A DNA stretch of 64,000 bases, taken from Escherichia coli. Lineage in GTDB: Bacteria; Pseudomonadota; Gammaproteobacteria; Enterobacterales; Enterobacteriaceae. This document shows, piece by piece, positions 26,211 through 38,486 of this stretch. Where the stretch lies: assembly GCF_003334385.1 (NCBI RefSeq), contig NZ_QOWN01000001.1; one strand, given 5' to 3'. The position numbers were made by a program, and so were the translations under genes. The notes below the pieces were generated by a model, which searched no databases, was not told the origin of the DNA, and saw nothing but the letters and a program-made list of their open reading frames with translations. Position 1 is the stretch's first letter, and every line of letters begins with the position of its first letter.

Positions 26211-27899
26211 ATGGCAAGTTCGGGCACAACATCGACGCGTAAGCGCTTTACCGGCGCAGAATTTATCGTTCATTTCCTGGAACAGCAGGGCATTAAGATT
26301 GTGACAGGCATTCCGGGCGGTTCTATCCTGCCTGTTTACGATGCCTTAAGCCAAAGCACGCAAATCCGCCATATTCTGGCCCGTCATGAACAGGGCGCGG
26401 GCTTTATCGCTCAGGGAATGGCGCGCACCGACGGTAAACCGGCGGTCTGTATGGCCTGTAGCGGACCGGGTGCGACTAACCTGGTGACCGCCATTGCCGA
26501 TGCGCGGCTGGACTCCATCCCGCTGATTTGCATCACTGGTCAGGTTCCCGCCTCGATGATCGGCACCGACGCCTTCCAGGAAGTGGACACCTACGGCATC
26601 TCTATCCCCATCACCAAACACAACTATCTGGTCAGACATATCGAAGAACTCCCGCAGGTCATGAGCGATGCCTTCCGCATTGCGCAATCAGGCCGCCCAG
26701 GCCCGGTGTGGATAGACATTCCTAAGGATGTGCAAACGGCAGTTTTTGAGATTGAAACACAGCCCGCTATGGCAGAAAAAGCCGCCGCCCCCGCCTTTAG
26801 CGAAGAAAGCATTCGTGACGCAGCGGCGATGATTAACGCTGCCAAACGCCCGGTGCTTTATCTGGGCGGCGGTGTGATCAATGCGCCCGCACGGGTGCGT
26901 GAACTGGCGGAGAAAGCGCAACTGCCTACCACCATGACTTTAATGGCGCTGGGCATGTTGCCAAAAGCGCATCCGTTGTCGCTGGGTATGCTGGGGATGC
27001 ACGGCGTGCGCAGCACCAACTATATTTTGCAGGAGGCGGATTTGTTGATAGTGCTCGGTGCGCGTTTTGATGACCGGGCGATTGGCAAAACCGAGCAGTT
27101 CTGTCCGAATGCCAAAATCATTCATGTCGATATCGACCGTGCAGAGCTGGGTAAAATCAAGCAGCCGCACGTGGCGATTCAGGCGGATGTTGATGACGTG
27201 CTGGCGCAGTTGATCCCGCTGGTGGAAGCGCAACCGCGTGCAGAGTGGCACCAGTTGGTAGCGGATTTGCAGCGTGAGTTTCCGTGTCCAATCCCGAAAG
27301 CGTGCGATCCGTTAAGCCATTACGGCCTGATCAACGCCGTTGCCGCCTGTGTCGATGACAATGCAATTATCACCACCGACGTTGGTCAGCATCAGATGTG
27401 GACCGCGCAAGCTTATCCGCTCAATCGCCCACGCCAGTGGCTGACCTCCGGTGGGCTGGGCACGATGGGTTTTGGCCTGCCTGCGGCGATTGGCGCTGCG
27501 CTGGCGAACCCGGATCGCAAAGTGTTGTGTTTCTCCGGCGACGGCAGCCTGATGATGAATATTCAGGAGATGGCGACCGCCAGTGAAAATCAGCTGGATG
27601 TCAAAATCATTCTGATGAACAACGAAGCGCTGGGGCTGGTGCATCAGCAACAGAGTCTGTTCTACGAGCAAGGCGTTTTTGCCGCCACCTATCCGGGCAA
27701 AATCAACTTTATGCAGATTGCCGCCGGATTCGGCCTCGAAACCTGTGATTTGAATAACGAAGCCGATCCGCAGGCTTCATTGCAGGAAATCATCAATCGC
27801 CCTGGCCCGGCGCTGATCCATGTGCGCATTGATGCCGAAGAAAAAGTTTACCCGATGGTGCCGCCAGGTGCGGCGAATACTGAAATGGTGGGGGAATAA
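26211..27899 (+). CDS. ilvB: Acetolactate synthase I large subunit
   Basis: 562 aa; TPP-enzyme motifs (GDGSLMMNIQE). Confidence 0.95.
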   Translation: MASSGTTSTRKRFTGAEFIVHFLEQQGIKIVTGIPGGSILPVYDALSQSTQIRHILARHEQGAGFIAQGMARTDGKPAVCMACSGPGATNLVTAIADARLDSIPLICITGQVPASMIGTDAFQEVDTYGISIPITKHNYLVRHIEELPQVMSDAFRIAQSGRPGPVWIDIPKDVQTAVFEIETQPAMAEKAAAPAFSEESIRDAAAMINAAKRPVLYLGGGVINAPARVRELAEKAQLPTTMTLMALGMLPKAHPLSLGMLGMHGVRSTNYILQEADLLIVLGARFDDRAIGKTEQFCPNAKIIHVDIDRAELGKIKQPHVAIQADVDDVLAQLIPLVEAQPRAEWHQLVADLQREFPCPIPKACDPLSHYGLINAVAACVDDNAIITTDVGQHQMWTAQAYPLNRPRQWLTSGGLGTMGFGLPAAIGAALANPDRKVLCFSGDGSLMMNIQEMATASENQLDVKIILMNNEALGLVHQQQSLFYEQGVFAATYPGKINFMQIAAGFGLETCDLNNEADPQASLQEIINRPGPALIHVRIDAEEKVYPMVPPGAANTEMVGE

Positions 27900-27902
27900 G
27901 CC

Positions 27903-28193
27903 ATGCAAAACACAACTTATGACAACGTAATTCTGGAGCTCACCGTTCGCAACCATCCGGGCGTAATGACCCACGTTTGTGGCCTTTTTGCCCGCCGCGC
28001 TTTTAACGTTGAAGGCATTCTTTGTCTGCCGATTCAGGACAGCGACAAAAGCCATATCTGGCTACTGGTCAATGACGACCAGCGTCTGGAGCAGATGATA
28101 AGCCAAATCGATAAGCTGGAAGATGTCGTGAAAGTGCAGCGTAATCAGTCCGATCCGACGATGTTTAACAAGATCGCGGTGTTTTTTCAGTAA
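27903..28193 (+). CDS. ilvN: Acetolactate synthase I small (regulatory) subunit
   Basis: 96 aa ACT domain directly downstream of ilvB. Confidence 0.95.
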   Translation: MQNTTYDNVILELTVRNHPGVMTHVCGLFARRAFNVEGILCLPIQDSDKSHIWLLVNDDQRLEQMISQIDKLEDVVKVQRNQSDPTMFNKIAVFFQ

Positions 28194-28216
28194 CCGCTCA
28201 AGGCTTGAACAACATC

Positions 28217-28250
28217 GCGCTTATCGTTAAGGTAAGCGCGTATTTTTTTT
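28217..28250 (+). terminator. Rho-independent terminator after ilvN
   Basis: Hairpin gcgcttatcgttaaggtaagcgc followed by tattttttttt. Confidence 0.7.
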
Positions 28251-28268
28251 ACCCGCCAGGACAAGACC

Positions 28269-28859
28269 ATGATCACCGTTGCCCTTATAGACGATCACCT
28301 CATCGTCCGCTCCGGCTTTGCGCAGCTGCTGGGGCTGGAACCTGATTTGCAGGTAGTTGCCGAGTTTGGTTCGGGGCGCGAGGCGCTGGCGGGGCTGCCG
28401 GGGCGCGGTGTGCAGGTGTGTATTTGCGATATCTCCATGCCCGATATCTCCGGTCTGGAGCTGCTAAGCCAGCTGCCGAAAGGTATGGCGACGATTATGC
28501 TCTCCGTTCACGACAGTCCTGCGCTGGTTGAGCAGGCGCTTAACGCGGGGGCACGCGGCTTTCTTTCCAAACGCTGTAGCCCGGATGAACTCATTGCTGC
28601 GGTGCATACGGTTGCCACGGGCGGCTGTTATCTGACGCCGGATATTGCCATTAAACTGGCATCCGGTCGTCAGGACCCGCTAACCAAACGTGAACGCCAG
28701 GTGGCGGAAAAACTGGCGCAAGGAATGGCGGTGAAAGAGATTGCCGCCGAACTGGGCTTGTCACCGAAAACGGTACACGTCCATCGCGCCAATCTGATGG
28801 AAAAACTGGGCGTCAGTAACGACGTAGAGCTGGCGCGCCGCATGTTTGATGGCTGGTGA
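28269..28859 (+). CDS. uhpA: Response regulator UhpA (NarL/FixJ family)
   Basis: 196 aa; receiver domain plus LuxR-type HTH. Confidence 0.95.
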
Positions 28860-30361
28860 TGAAGACGTTGTTCTCCCGCTTAATTACCGTTATTGCCTGC
28901 TTTTTTATCTTCTCTGCCGCATGGTTTTGCCTGTGGAGTATCAGCCTGCATCTGGTTGAGCGCCCTGATATGGCGGTGCTGTTATTTCCGTTTGGTCTGC
29001 GTCTGGGGCTAATGCTGCAATGCCCGCGCGGATACTGGCCCGTATTGCTGGGCGCGGAGTGGCTGCTGATTTACTGGCTAACGCAGGCGGTCGGTTTAAC
29101 CCATTTTCCGTTATTGATGATCGGTAGTTTACTGACGTTACTGCCCGTAGCGCTGATCTCGCGCTATCGCCATCAGCGTGACTGGCGCACCTTGCTGTTA
29201 CAGGGGGCGGCGTTAACGGCGGCGGCGTTGTTGCAGTCGCTGCCCTGGCTTTGGCACGGCAAAGAGTCGTGGAATGCGCTGTTGCTGACTTTAACTGGCG
29301 GCCTGACGCTGGCCCCGATATGTCTGGTGTTCTGGCACTATCTCGCCAATAACACCTGGCTGCCGCTCGGTCCGTCACTGGTTTCTCAGCCAATCAACTG
29401 GCGCGGGCGACATCTGGTCTGGTACTTGCTGCTGTTTGTTATCAGTCTCTGGCTCCAGTTGGGATTGCCGGACGAACTGTCGCGCTTTACGCCATTCTGT
29501 CTGGCGCTGCCGATTATCGCGCTGGCCTGGCACTATGGTTGGCAAGGGGCGCTGATTGCGACGTTGATGAACGCCATCGCGCTGATCGCCAGTCAAACCT
29601 GGCGCGATCATCCGGTGGATTTATTGCTCTCGCTGCTGGTGCAAAGTCTGACAGGGTTGTTGCTTGGCGCTGGCATCCAGCGGTTGCGTGAACTTAACCA
29701 GTCGCTGCAAAAGGAACTGGCGCGCAATCAGCATCTGGCTGAACGGTTGCTGGAAACCGAAGAGAGCGTGCGCCGTGATGTGGCGCGTGAGCTGCATGAT
29801 GATATCGGTCAGACCATCACTGCTATTCGTACTCAGGCGGGCATTGTTCAGCGGCTGGCGGCAGATAACGCCAGCGTGAAGCAGAGCGGGCAGCTCATCG
29901 AACAACTATCGCTGGGCGTTTACGACGCGGTGCGCCGTTTGTTGGGTCGGTTACGTCCGCGCCAGTTGGATGATCTCACCCTGGAGCAGGCCATCCGCTC
30001 ACTGATGCGGGAAATGGAGCTGGAAGGGCGCGGTATTGTCAGCCATCTCGAATGGCGAATCGATGAATCAGCGTTAAGCGAAAACCAGCGCGTGACGCTG
30101 TTTCGTGTCTGCCAGGAAGGGCTGAACAACATTGTGAAACATGCTGATGCCAGCGCGGTCACCCTGCAAGGCTGGCAGCAGGATGAACGGTTGATGCTGG
30201 TTATTGAAGACGATGGCAGCGGTTTGCCGCCGGGTTCCGGGCAACAAGGTTTTGGCCTCACCGGAATGCGCGAGCGCGTAACGGCGCTGGGTGGCACATT
30301 ACACATTTCCTGTCTGCACGGCACGCGTGTCAGCGTTTCTCTACCTCAACGCTATGTCTAA
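28859..30361 (+). CDS. uhpB: Sensor histidine kinase UhpB
   Basis: ORF 28856-30361; start overlaps the uhpA stop (tgATGa); membrane N-terminus, H-box (ELHDDIGQ) and ATPase domain. Confidence 0.93.
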
Positions 30362-30370
30362 GGTTTGATG

Positions 30371-31690
30371 ATGTTGCCGTTTCTGAAAGCGCCTGCCGAT
30401 GCGCCATTAATGACTGATAAATATGAAATTGATGCCCGCTATCGCTACTGGCGTCGGCATATTCTGCTGACCATCTGGCTGGGTTACGCGCTGTTTTACT
30501 TCACGCGGAAAAGTTTTAACGCCGCCGTACCAGAAATCCTTGCTAACGGCGTGCTCAGCCGTAGCGATATCGGCCTGTTAGCGACCCTGTTTTACATTAC
30601 CTATGGCGTGTCGAAGTTTGTCTCCGGCATTGTCAGCGATCGCTCAAATGCCCGTTATTTTATGGGGATAGGGCTTATCGCCACGGGCATTATCAACATT
30701 CTGTTTGGCTTCTCGACGTCGCTATGGGCGTTTGCCGTGCTCTGGGTGCTGAACGCCTTTTTCCAGGGCTGGGGTTCACCGGTGTGTGCGCGTCTGTTAA
30801 CGGCCTGGTATTCACGTACCGAGCGCGGCGGTTGGTGGGCATTATGGAACACGGCGCATAACGTCGGCGGCGCACTCATTCCCATTGTGATGGCAGCGGC
30901 TGCGCTGCATTACGGCTGGCGTGCCGGGATGATGATTGCTGGTTGTATGGCGATAGTCGTGGGGATTTTTCTCTGCTGGCGGCTACGCGATCGCCCGCAG
31001 GCGTTAGGTTTACCGGCGGTCGGTGAATGGCGACACGACGCGCTGGAAATTGCTCAACAACAAGAAGGGGCAGGGTTGACGCGTAAAGAGATCCTCACCA
31101 AATATGTGTTGCTGAATCCGTATATCTGGCTGCTTTCGTTTTGCTATGTGCTGGTCTATGTGGTCCGGGCGGCGATCAACGACTGGGGCAATTTGTATAT
31201 GTCCGAGACACTGGGCGTCGATCTGGTCACGGCGAATACGGCAGTGACGATGTTTGAACTGGGCGGATTTATCGGTGCGCTGGTAGCCGGTTGGGGCTCG
31301 GACAAATTGTTTAACGGCAACCGAGGGCCGATGAATTTGATTTTCGCCGCCGGAATTTTGCTTTCAGTCGGCTCCCTGTGGCTGATGCCATTTGCCAGCT
31401 ACGTGATGCAGGCAACCTGCTTCTTCACCATTGGTTTTTTTGTCTTTGGCCCACAGATGTTAATCGGTATGGCGGCGGCAGAGTGTTCCCACAAAGAGGC
31501 GGCAGGGGCGGCGACGGGGTTTGTCGGCTTGTTTGCTTATCTGGGGGCGTCGCTTGCTGGTTGGCCGCTGGCGAAAGTACTCGATACCTGGCACTGGAGC
31601 GGATTTTTTGTGGTTATCTCTATCGCCGCCGGGATTTCCGCACTGCTGTTACTGCCCTTTTTGAACGCCCAGACACCGCGCGAAGCGTGA
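30371..31690 (+). CDS. uhpC: Membrane sensor UhpC (MFS, hexose-6-phosphate sensing)
   Basis: ORF 30365-31690; start MLPFLKAPAD (439 aa); paralogous to UhpT. Confidence 0.93.
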   Translation: MLPFLKAPADAPLMTDKYEIDARYRYWRRHILLTIWLGYALFYFTRKSFNAAVPEILANGVLSRSDIGLLATLFYITYGVSKFVSGIVSDRSNARYFMGIGLIATGIINILFGFSTSLWAFAVLWVLNAFFQGWGSPVCARLLTAWYSRTERGGWWALWNTAHNVGGALIPIVMAAAALHYGWRAGMMIAGCMAIVVGIFLCWRLRDRPQALGLPAVGEWRHDALEIAQQQEGAGLTRKEILTKYVLLNPYIWLLSFCYVLVYVVRAAINDWGNLYMSETLGVDLVTANTAVTMFELGGFIGALVAGWGSDKLFNGNRGPMNLIFAAGILLSVGSLWLMPFASYVMQATCFFTIGFFVFGPQMLIGMAAAECSHKEAAGAATGFVGLFAYLGASLAGWPLAKVLDTWHWSGFFVVISIAAGISALLLLPFLNAQTPREA

Positions 31691-31699
31691 TGCATCTCA

Positions 31700-31827
31700 C
31701 CTTTTCACTTCATATCCGGCAAAACTAAGAAATTTTCCAGGTTTTGCCTGGACGCTATCTCAGGCCTGATTTGCTGCTGATTTTTACAATGCATGCCTCA
31801 CGCAGGTATTCATTTCAGGAGTAACCC
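31700..31827 (+). promoter_or_regulatory. uhpT promoter region (UhpA and CRP sites expected)
   Basis: Intergenic uhpC-uhpT region; the known architecture places UhpA sites and a CRP site here. Individual sites were not mapped. Confidence 0.5.
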
Positions 31828-33219
31828 ATGCTGGCTTTCTTAAACCAGGTTCGCAAGCCGACCCTGGACCTTCCGCTCGAAGTGCGGTGCAAAATGTGGT
31901 TCAAACCGTTCATGCAATCCTACCTGGTGGTCTTTATCGGCTACCTGACGATGTACCTGATTCGCAAGAACTTTAACATCGCGCAGAACGATATGATTTC
32001 GACCTACGGGTTGAGCATGACGCAGCTGGGGATGATCGGCCTGGGTTTCTCCATCACTTATGGCGTGGGTAAAACGCTGGTTTCCTACTACGCCGACGGC
32101 AAAAACACCAAACAATTCCTGCCGTTCATGCTGATCCTCTCTGCTATTTGTATGCTGGGCTTCAGTGCCAGTATGGGCAGCGGCTCGGTTAGCCTGTTCC
32201 TGATGATTGCCTTCTACGCCTTAAGCGGCTTTTTCCAGAGTACCGGCGGTTCGTGCAGTTACTCCACCATCACCAAATGGACGCCGCGTCGTAAACGCGG
32301 GACATTCCTCGGTTTCTGGAATATTTCTCACAACCTTGGCGGTGCAGGCGCAGCAGGTGTGGCGCTGTTCGGGGCAAATTACCTGTTCGATGGCCATGTC
32401 ATCGGCATGTTTATCTTCCCGTCGATTATCGCGCTGATTGTCGGTTTTATCGGCCTGCGTTACGGCAGCGACTCCCCGGAATCTTATGGCCTCGGCAAAG
32501 CTGAAGAACTGTTCGGCGAGGAGATCAGCGAAGAGGACAAAGAGACAGAATCTACCGATATGACCAAGTGGCAGATCTTTGTTGAGTATGTGCTGAAAAA
32601 CAAAGTGATCTGGCTGCTGTGCTTCGCCAACATTTTCCTCTATGTGGTACGTATTGGTATCGACCAGTGGTCAACCGTATACGCGTTCCAGGAACTGAAA
32701 CTCTCTAAAGCGGTGGCGATTCAGGGCTTTACGCTGTTTGAAGCTGGTGCGCTGGTCGGTACGCTGCTGTGGGGCTGGCTCTCTGACCTGGCGAACGGTC
32801 GCCGTGGCTTGGTGGCCTGCATCGCGCTGGCGCTGATTATCGCCACGCTCGGTGTGTATCAACATGCCAGTAACGAATATATCTATCTGGCTTCTCTCTT
32901 TGCGTTGGGTTTCCTGGTCTTTGGCCCGCAATTGTTGATTGGTGTGGCTGCTGTTGGCTTTGTACCTAAAAAAGCGATTGGCGCTGCCGATGGTATTAAA
33001 GGCACCTTTGCTTACCTGATTGGTGACAGCTTTGCCAAGTTAGGTCTGGGAATGATTGCCGATGGGACGCCGGTATTCGGCCTTACCGGCTGGGCAGGCA
33101 CCTTCGCCGCGCTGGATATCGCCGCGATTGGTTGTATCTGCCTGATGGCGATAGTGGCGGTAATGGAAGAACGCAAAATCCGCCGCGAGAAAAAAATTCA
33201 GCAGTTGACAGTGGCATAA
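31828..33219 (+). CDS. uhpT: Hexose-6-phosphate:phosphate antiporter UhpT
   Basis: 463 aa MFS transporter. Confidence 0.95.
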   Translation: MLAFLNQVRKPTLDLPLEVRCKMWFKPFMQSYLVVFIGYLTMYLIRKNFNIAQNDMISTYGLSMTQLGMIGLGFSITYGVGKTLVSYYADGKNTKQFLPFMLILSAICMLGFSASMGSGSVSLFLMIAFYALSGFFQSTGGSCSYSTITKWTPRRKRGTFLGFWNISHNLGGAGAAGVALFGANYLFDGHVIGMFIFPSIIALIVGFIGLRYGSDSPESYGLGKAEELFGEEISEEDKETESTDMTKWQIFVEYVLKNKVIWLLCFANIFLYVVRIGIDQWSTVYAFQELKLSKAVAIQGFTLFEAGALVGTLLWGWLSDLANGRRGLVACIALALIIATLGVYQHASNEYIYLASLFALGFLVFGPQLLIGVAAVGFVPKKAIGAADGIKGTFAYLIGDSFAKLGLGMIADGTPVFGLTGWAGTFAALDIAAIGCICLMAIVAVMEERKIRREKKIQQLTVA

Positions 33220-33235
33220 ACGTAACTGGTGACTT

Positions 33236-33264
33236 TTGCCCGGCATGACGCCGGGCTTTTTTTA
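33236..33264. terminator. Bidirectional terminator between convergent uhpT and ade
   Basis: Hairpin gcccggcatgacgccgggc flanked by T-run (plus strand) and A-run. Confidence 0.75.
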
Positions 33265-35031
33265 TTATTCCGTGACTTCCAGCGTAGTGAAGGCAAACTT
33301 CTCGCCATCAAATAGCCCCTGACTGGTTAGTTTTAGCGCGGGGATCACTGGCAGAGAAAGAAACGCCATCTGAATAAACGGCTCATCGGGTAACGGACCG
33401 CATTCACGGGCGGCGGCTTTCAAGGCGTCAATTTGTTCCGCCAGCGACTGCGCCGTGTCGGTGCTCATCAGCCCGGCAATGGGTAACGGCAGATGACTTT
33501 GTACCTGGCCGTTACGTACCACGCACAGCCCGCCGCCATCCTGAATCACCTGATTGACCGCCAGCGCCATCTCTTCGGCACTGCGACCGATCACCACAAT
33601 ATTATGGCTGTCATGGCTGACCGTCGCAGCCAGCGCACCTTCATTCAGTCCAAAGCCGCCAAGCAAACCACAAGCCGGAGCCAGCCGTTGCCCGTAACGC
33701 TCAAGTACGGCAATAAAGCTCACATCATCGCGATCAAAACCATTTTCGCTGTAGACGCTGGAGTGGGAGTGCGTAATCAATTCGTTATGGATGACGTCAA
33801 TGACCCGATAGCGTTTTCCGGGCGTAAATTGCAGGGCAAAGTCGCTGGCGGAAACTGGCTGGCGGGCAATGGTGTTGCCATATGGCGGAGCGGATTGTGC
33901 CAGTCTCGCCGACTCTTCCGCCTGTAAGGTTTGCGCATCAATCGGCTCGCCTTTCACCAGTACCTGCTGCACCGTGACCTTACGCGCATCGCTCAACAGG
34001 ACGATATCGGCCTGCTTGCCGGGTGCCAGTAAGCCGAGGTGATTCAGACCAAAGTGGCGCGCCGTCGACCAGCTGGCGACGCGATATGCCACATGCAGCG
34101 GCACATTGTGTTGTTCGATCAGGCGGCGAATTAAGGCATCGATGTGTCCTTCATGGGCGATCTCCCACGGGTTACGGTCATCGGTACAGAGCATGCATTG
34201 CGGGCTGTTAAATTCGTTGATCAACGGTGCCAGCGCGTTGAGATTGCGGGCAGCGGACCCTTCGCGGATCATCAACGACATGCCGAGTTGTAATTTCCGG
34301 CGTCCTTCTTCCAGCTGATAACTTTCGTGGCAGTTTTCAATACCCGCAGTAATATAGGCGTTAAGTTCTTTACCACCCAAACCCGGGCAGTGACCGTCCA
34401 GCGTCAGGTGGCGAAATGCATCCAGTTTATCGAGCAGCGCATTCTGCCCGCTAATTACGCCAGGGTAGTCCATCATTTCTGCAAGGCCGGTAACCTGCGG
34501 ATGGTCCCGCCAGGCGAGCATCTGTTCAAGGGTAAAACTGGCACCGTTAACATCGCAGCCTTCCAGGGCGGGTACGCAAGAGCTGACCTGTAAGTACTGG
34601 TTTTGCCTTGCCTGTTCGGCACAGCGGGCAAACCAGGCGAATCCGGCTTCGCCCATCACGTTGACGATTTCATGAGGGTCGCAAATAACGGTCGTCAGGC
34701 CGCGCGGCAGGGTAGCGGTTTCAAAAGTGACCGGCGTCATCATGCTGGATTCAATATGCAGGTGAGCATCAATAAACCCTGGCACCGCCGTTGCGCCGCG
34801 AGCATCAATCCGCTGCAAAGCCGGAGCATCAGTGTATTCTGCGCCAACACCGGCAATGTAACGTCCTTTAATCACAATTGGGCCGGAAATTTCTCCGCCA
34901 TTGATCAGGTCGAGAATAGAGACATTATCAATAATATAATCGGCAACAGCGTCGCCACGGGAAACGGCTAACAATTCCTGGTATTCAGCCCGGCTAATGT
35001 GATGAAATTTATGGTTAATAGAATTATTCAT
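33265..35031 (-). CDS. ade: Adenine deaminase
   Basis: 588 aa amidohydrolase-superfamily protein; synteny. Confidence 0.93.
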
Positions 35032-35205
35032 ATTTTTCTCATTTTGATTTTATCAATTTGATTATTATTTATCATAAAGAAACGTCGCGAGATTATTAAA
35101 GAATATCCATTAATGTGCAATTGAAATGTGATAATTATCACTGAACCGTTGTTGTCATTTGTTTTACAAAAGCAAGGGATTAAATCTCCTCCAATGGACA
35201 AAAAA

Positions 35206-36540
35206 ATGAATAATGACAATACCGATTACGTGAGTAATGAATCAGGGACGCTTTCGCGATTATTTAAACTACCTCAGCATGGGACCACCGTCCGCACAGA
35301 ATTGATTGCGGGGATGACCACTTTTTTAACCATGGTGTACATCGTTTTTGTGAACCCGCAAATCCTCGGCGCGGCACAAATGGACCCGAAAGTGGTGTTT
35401 GTTACCACCTGTTTGATTGCCGGTATCGGCAGTATTGCGATGGGGATATTTGCTAACTTACCCGTGGCGCTGGCTCCGGCAATGGGGCTGAACGCCTTCT
35501 TTGCCTTCGTGGTCGTGGGGGCGATGGGCATCTCCTGGCAGACCGGGATGGGCGCAATATTCTGGGGCGCAGTTGGACTATTTTTGCTCACGCTGTTTCG
35601 TATCCGGTACTGGATGATCTCCAACATTCCCTTAAGTTTACGTATTGGTATCACCAGCGGAATTGGATTATTTATCGCCTTAATGGGATTAAAAAATACT
35701 GGCGTTATTGTCGCCAATAAAGACACGCTGGTGATGATTGGCGATTTAAGTTCTCACGGCGTGTTGTTAGGTATTTTAGGGTTTTTTATTATAACCGTGT
35801 TGTCATCACGTCATTTTCATGCCGCGGTGCTGGTTTCTATTGTGGTGACGTCTTGCTGTGGATTATTTTTCGGTGATGTTCATTTTAGCGGCGTCTATTC
35901 CATTCCGCCTGATATTAGCGGCGTCATTGGTGAAGTAGATTTGAGCGGCGCGTTAACACTTGAACTCGCCGGTATCATTTTCTCCTTTATGCTGATCAAC
36001 CTATTTGATTCATCAGGAACATTAATTGGTGTAACTGATAAAGCGGGCTTAATAGATGGTAACGGTAAATTCCCCAATATGAATAAGGCGCTGTATGTTG
36101 ATAGCGTCAGTTCGGTGGCGGGTGCGTTTATCGGCACCTCGTCTGTTACTGCCTATATTGAAAGTACTTCTGGTGTGGCAGTCGGTGGCCGCACGGGGCT
36201 GACTGCGGTTGTGGTTGGCGTTATGTTCCTGTTGGTTATGTTCTTCTCACCGCTGGTGGCGATAGTTCCTCCTTACGCAACCGCCGGAGCGTTAATCTTT
36301 GTTGGCGTGCTGATGACTTCGAGCCTGGCGCGCGTTAACTGGGATGATTTTACCGAATCGGTGCCTGCGTTTATTACCACGGTGATGATGCCCTTTACTT
36401 TCTCGATCACCGAAGGGATTGCACTCGGCTTTATGTCGTACTGCATCATGAAAGTATGCACCGGGCGCTGGCGCGATCTGAACCTGTGTGTGGTGGTGGT
36501 CGCAGCTCTGTTTGCACTGAAGATTATTCTGGTGGATTAG
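35206..36540 (+). CDS. adeQ: Adenine permease (NCS2/AzgA family)
   Basis: ORF 35128-36540; likely start MNNDNTDYVSNESGT (444 aa); multi-pass transporter. Confidence 0.88.
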   Translation: MNNDNTDYVSNESGTLSRLFKLPQHGTTVRTELIAGMTTFLTMVYIVFVNPQILGAAQMDPKVVFVTTCLIAGIGSIAMGIFANLPVALAPAMGLNAFFAFVVVGAMGISWQTGMGAIFWGAVGLFLLTLFRIRYWMISNIPLSLRIGITSGIGLFIALMGLKNTGVIVANKDTLVMIGDLSSHGVLLGILGFFIITVLSSRHFHAAVLVSIVVTSCCGLFFGDVHFSGVYSIPPDISGVIGEVDLSGALTLELAGIIFSFMLINLFDSSGTLIGVTDKAGLIDGNGKFPNMNKALYVDSVSSVAGAFIGTSSVTAYIESTSGVAVGGRTGLTAVVVGVMFLLVMFFSPLVAIVPPYATAGALIFVGVLMTSSLARVNWDDFTESVPAFITTVMMPFTFSITEGIALGFMSYCIMKVCTGRWRDLNLCVVVVAALFALKIILVD

Positions 36541-36592
36541 TAACTGGCGAGGGTTTCCAGATATCATGAGTTCTGATTACGCAGGAGAACTC

Positions 36593-37045
36593 ATGATCTG
36601 GATAATGCTCGCCACGCTGGCGGTAGTGTTTGTGGTTGGTTTTCGGGTGCTGACATCCGGGGCCAGAAAAGCGATTCGCCGTCTCAGCGATCGGCTGAAC
36701 ATCGATGTCGTACCCGTGGAGTCGATGGTCGATCAAATGGGAAAGTCAGCTGGTGACGAATTTTTACGTTATTTGCATCGTCCGGATGAGTCGCACCTGC
36801 AAAACGCCGCGCAGGTGTTGCTCATCTGGCAAATTGTCATTGTCGATGGTAGCGAACAGAACCTGCTGCAATGGCATCGGATTTTACAAAAAGCTCGCCT
36901 CGCCGCGCCGATTACCGACGCTCAGGTCAGGCTGGCGCTAGGTTTTCTGCGCGAAACCGAACCTGAAATGCAGGATATTAATGCTTTTCAGATGCGCTAT
37001 AACGCGTTCTTTCAGCCTGCCGAGGGCGTTCACTGGTTGCATTGA
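36593..37045 (+). CDS. yicN: Uncharacterised membrane-anchored protein YicN
   Basis: ORF 36566-37045; likely start MIWIMLATLAV (150 aa). Confidence 0.8.
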   Translation: MIWIMLATLAVVFVVGFRVLTSGARKAIRRLSDRLNIDVVPVESMVDQMGKSAGDEFLRYLHRPDESHLQNAAQVLLIWQIVIVDGSEQNLLQWHRILQKARLAAPITDAQVRLALGFLRETEPEMQDINAFQMRYNAFFQPAEGVHWLH

Positions 37046-37053
37046 AACCGTTT

Positions 37054-37118
37054 CGTCTTATCAGCCTACAGACCGCGCCTGACCTGTCGGGTGGATAAGA
37101 CGTTCACGCCGCATCCGG
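37054..37118. repeat. REP/BIME palindromic repeat
   Basis: cgtcttatcagcctacag and ggataagacgttcacgccgcatccgg (inverted REP units); the ORF-track N-terminus of the next gene runs through it. Confidence 0.65.
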
Positions 37119-37255
37119 TAATCTTTGCCCTGTTCCGTTTCGATCTTAACTCCAGCTCAAGCAACACCGTAAAAGTTGCAAAAACGTTAAATGCGTCACA
37201 CATTTCAATGTTAAAGTGGTCGGCTTTTCCCCTGAAACATGCCACGGGTAACACC

Positions 37256-38446
37256 ATGAGTGAATTTATTGCCGAAAACCGCGGCGCGGATGCCATCACC
37301 CGACCGAACTGGTCAGCCGTTTTCTCGGTGGCGTTTTGTGTCGCCTGTCTGATTATCGTTGAGTTTTTGCCCGTCAGTTTGTTGACGCCAATGGCCCAGG
37401 ATTTAGGCATTTCGGAAGGGGTTGCCGGGCAATCGGTGACCGTGACCGCCTTTGTGGCAATGTTTGCCAGTTTGTTTATTACCCAGACAATTCAGGCTAC
37501 TGACCGCCGCTACGTTGTTATTTTGTTTGCCGTTTTGCTGACGCTCTCCTGCTTGCTGGTTTCCTTTGCTAACTCATTCAGTTTGCTTTTAATCGGTCGT
37601 GCCTGTCTGGGGCTGGCGCTGGGCGGGTTCTGGGCGATGTCGGCGTCGCTGACCATGCGTCTGGTGCCGCCGCGTACGGTGCCGAAGGCGCTGTCGGTGA
37701 TCTTCGGCGCGGTTTCTATTGCGCTGGTGATTGCCGCGCCGTTGGGCAGTTTTTTAGGCGAGCTTATCGGTTGGCGCAATGTCTTTAATGCGGCGGCGGT
37801 GATGGGCGTGCTGTGTATTTTCTGGATTATCAAATCATTGCCTTCACTGCCAGGCGAACCCTCGCATCAGAAACAAAATACTTTCCGCTTATTACAACGT
37901 CCGGGTGTGATGGCAGGGATGATCGCCATCTTCATGTCTTTCGCCGGGCAGTTTGCTTTCTTCACGTATATTCGCCCGGTGTATATGAACCTGGCGGGAT
38001 TCGGCGTGGATGGCTTAACGCTGGTGCTGTTGAGTTTTGGTATCGCCAGCTTTATTGGTACGTCGCTTTCGTCGTTCATTCTTAAACGTTCGGTAAAACT
38101 GGCCTTAGCAGGCGCGCCGTTAATACTGGCTGTGAGTGCGTTGGTACTGACGTTGTGGGGAAGCGATAAAATCGTTGCTACCGGCGTGGCGATTATCTGG
38201 GGGCTAACTTTTGCATTGGTTCCCGTCGGCTGGTCAACGTGGATCACCCGCTCGCTGGCCGATCAGGCAGAAAAAGCCGGGTCTATTCAGGTGGCGGTTA
38301 TTCAGCTTGCTAATACCTGTGGCGCGGCAATCGGCGGTTATGCGCTGGATAATATTGGTCTGACTTCGCCGTTGATGTTGTCCGGCACATTGATGTTGCT
38401 GACTGCATTGTTGGTTACTGCAAAGGTGAAAATGAAGAAATCCTGA
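37256..38446 (+). CDS. nepI: Purine ribonucleoside efflux pump NepI (MFS)
   Basis: ORF 37091-38446; real start [10 protein letters not shown] (396 aa); the upstream part of the ORF overlaps a REP element. Confidence 0.88.
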   Translation: MSEFIAENRGADAITRPNWSAVFSVAFCVACLIIVEFLPVSLLTPMAQDLGISEGVAGQSVTVTAFVAMFASLFITQTIQATDRRYVVILFAVLLTLSCLLVSFANSFSLLLIGRACLGLALGGFWAMSASLTMRLVPPRTVPKALSVIFGAVSIALVIAAPLGSFLGELIGWRNVFNAAAVMGVLCIFWIIKSLPSLPGEPSHQKQNTFRLLQRPGVMAGMIAIFMSFAGQFAFFTYIRPVYMNLAGFGVDGLTLVLLSFGIASFIGTSLSSFILKRSVKLALAGAPLILAVSALVLTLWGSDKIVATGVAIIWGLTFALVPVGWSTWITRSLADQAEKAGSIQVAVIQLANTCGAAIGGYALDNIGLTSPLMLSGTLMLLTALLVTAKVKMKKS

Positions 38447-38486
38447 TATCAGGTAAAGAAGCGTTGGTCAGTAGTTGTTGCTGTTC

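Noticed and set aside
26346-27671. Antisense ORFs (103-119 aa) within ilvB
   Set aside because: Shadow ORFs opposite a conserved TPP enzyme gene.
28941-30324. Antisense ORFs (78-150 aa) within uhpB
   Set aside because: Shadow ORFs in a GC-rich membrane-protein gene, with no independent signals.
37091-37255. N-terminal extension of the nepI ORF ([12 protein letters not shown]...)
   Set aside because: It translates a REP/BIME element; the real NepI start is [10 protein letters not shown] at 37256.
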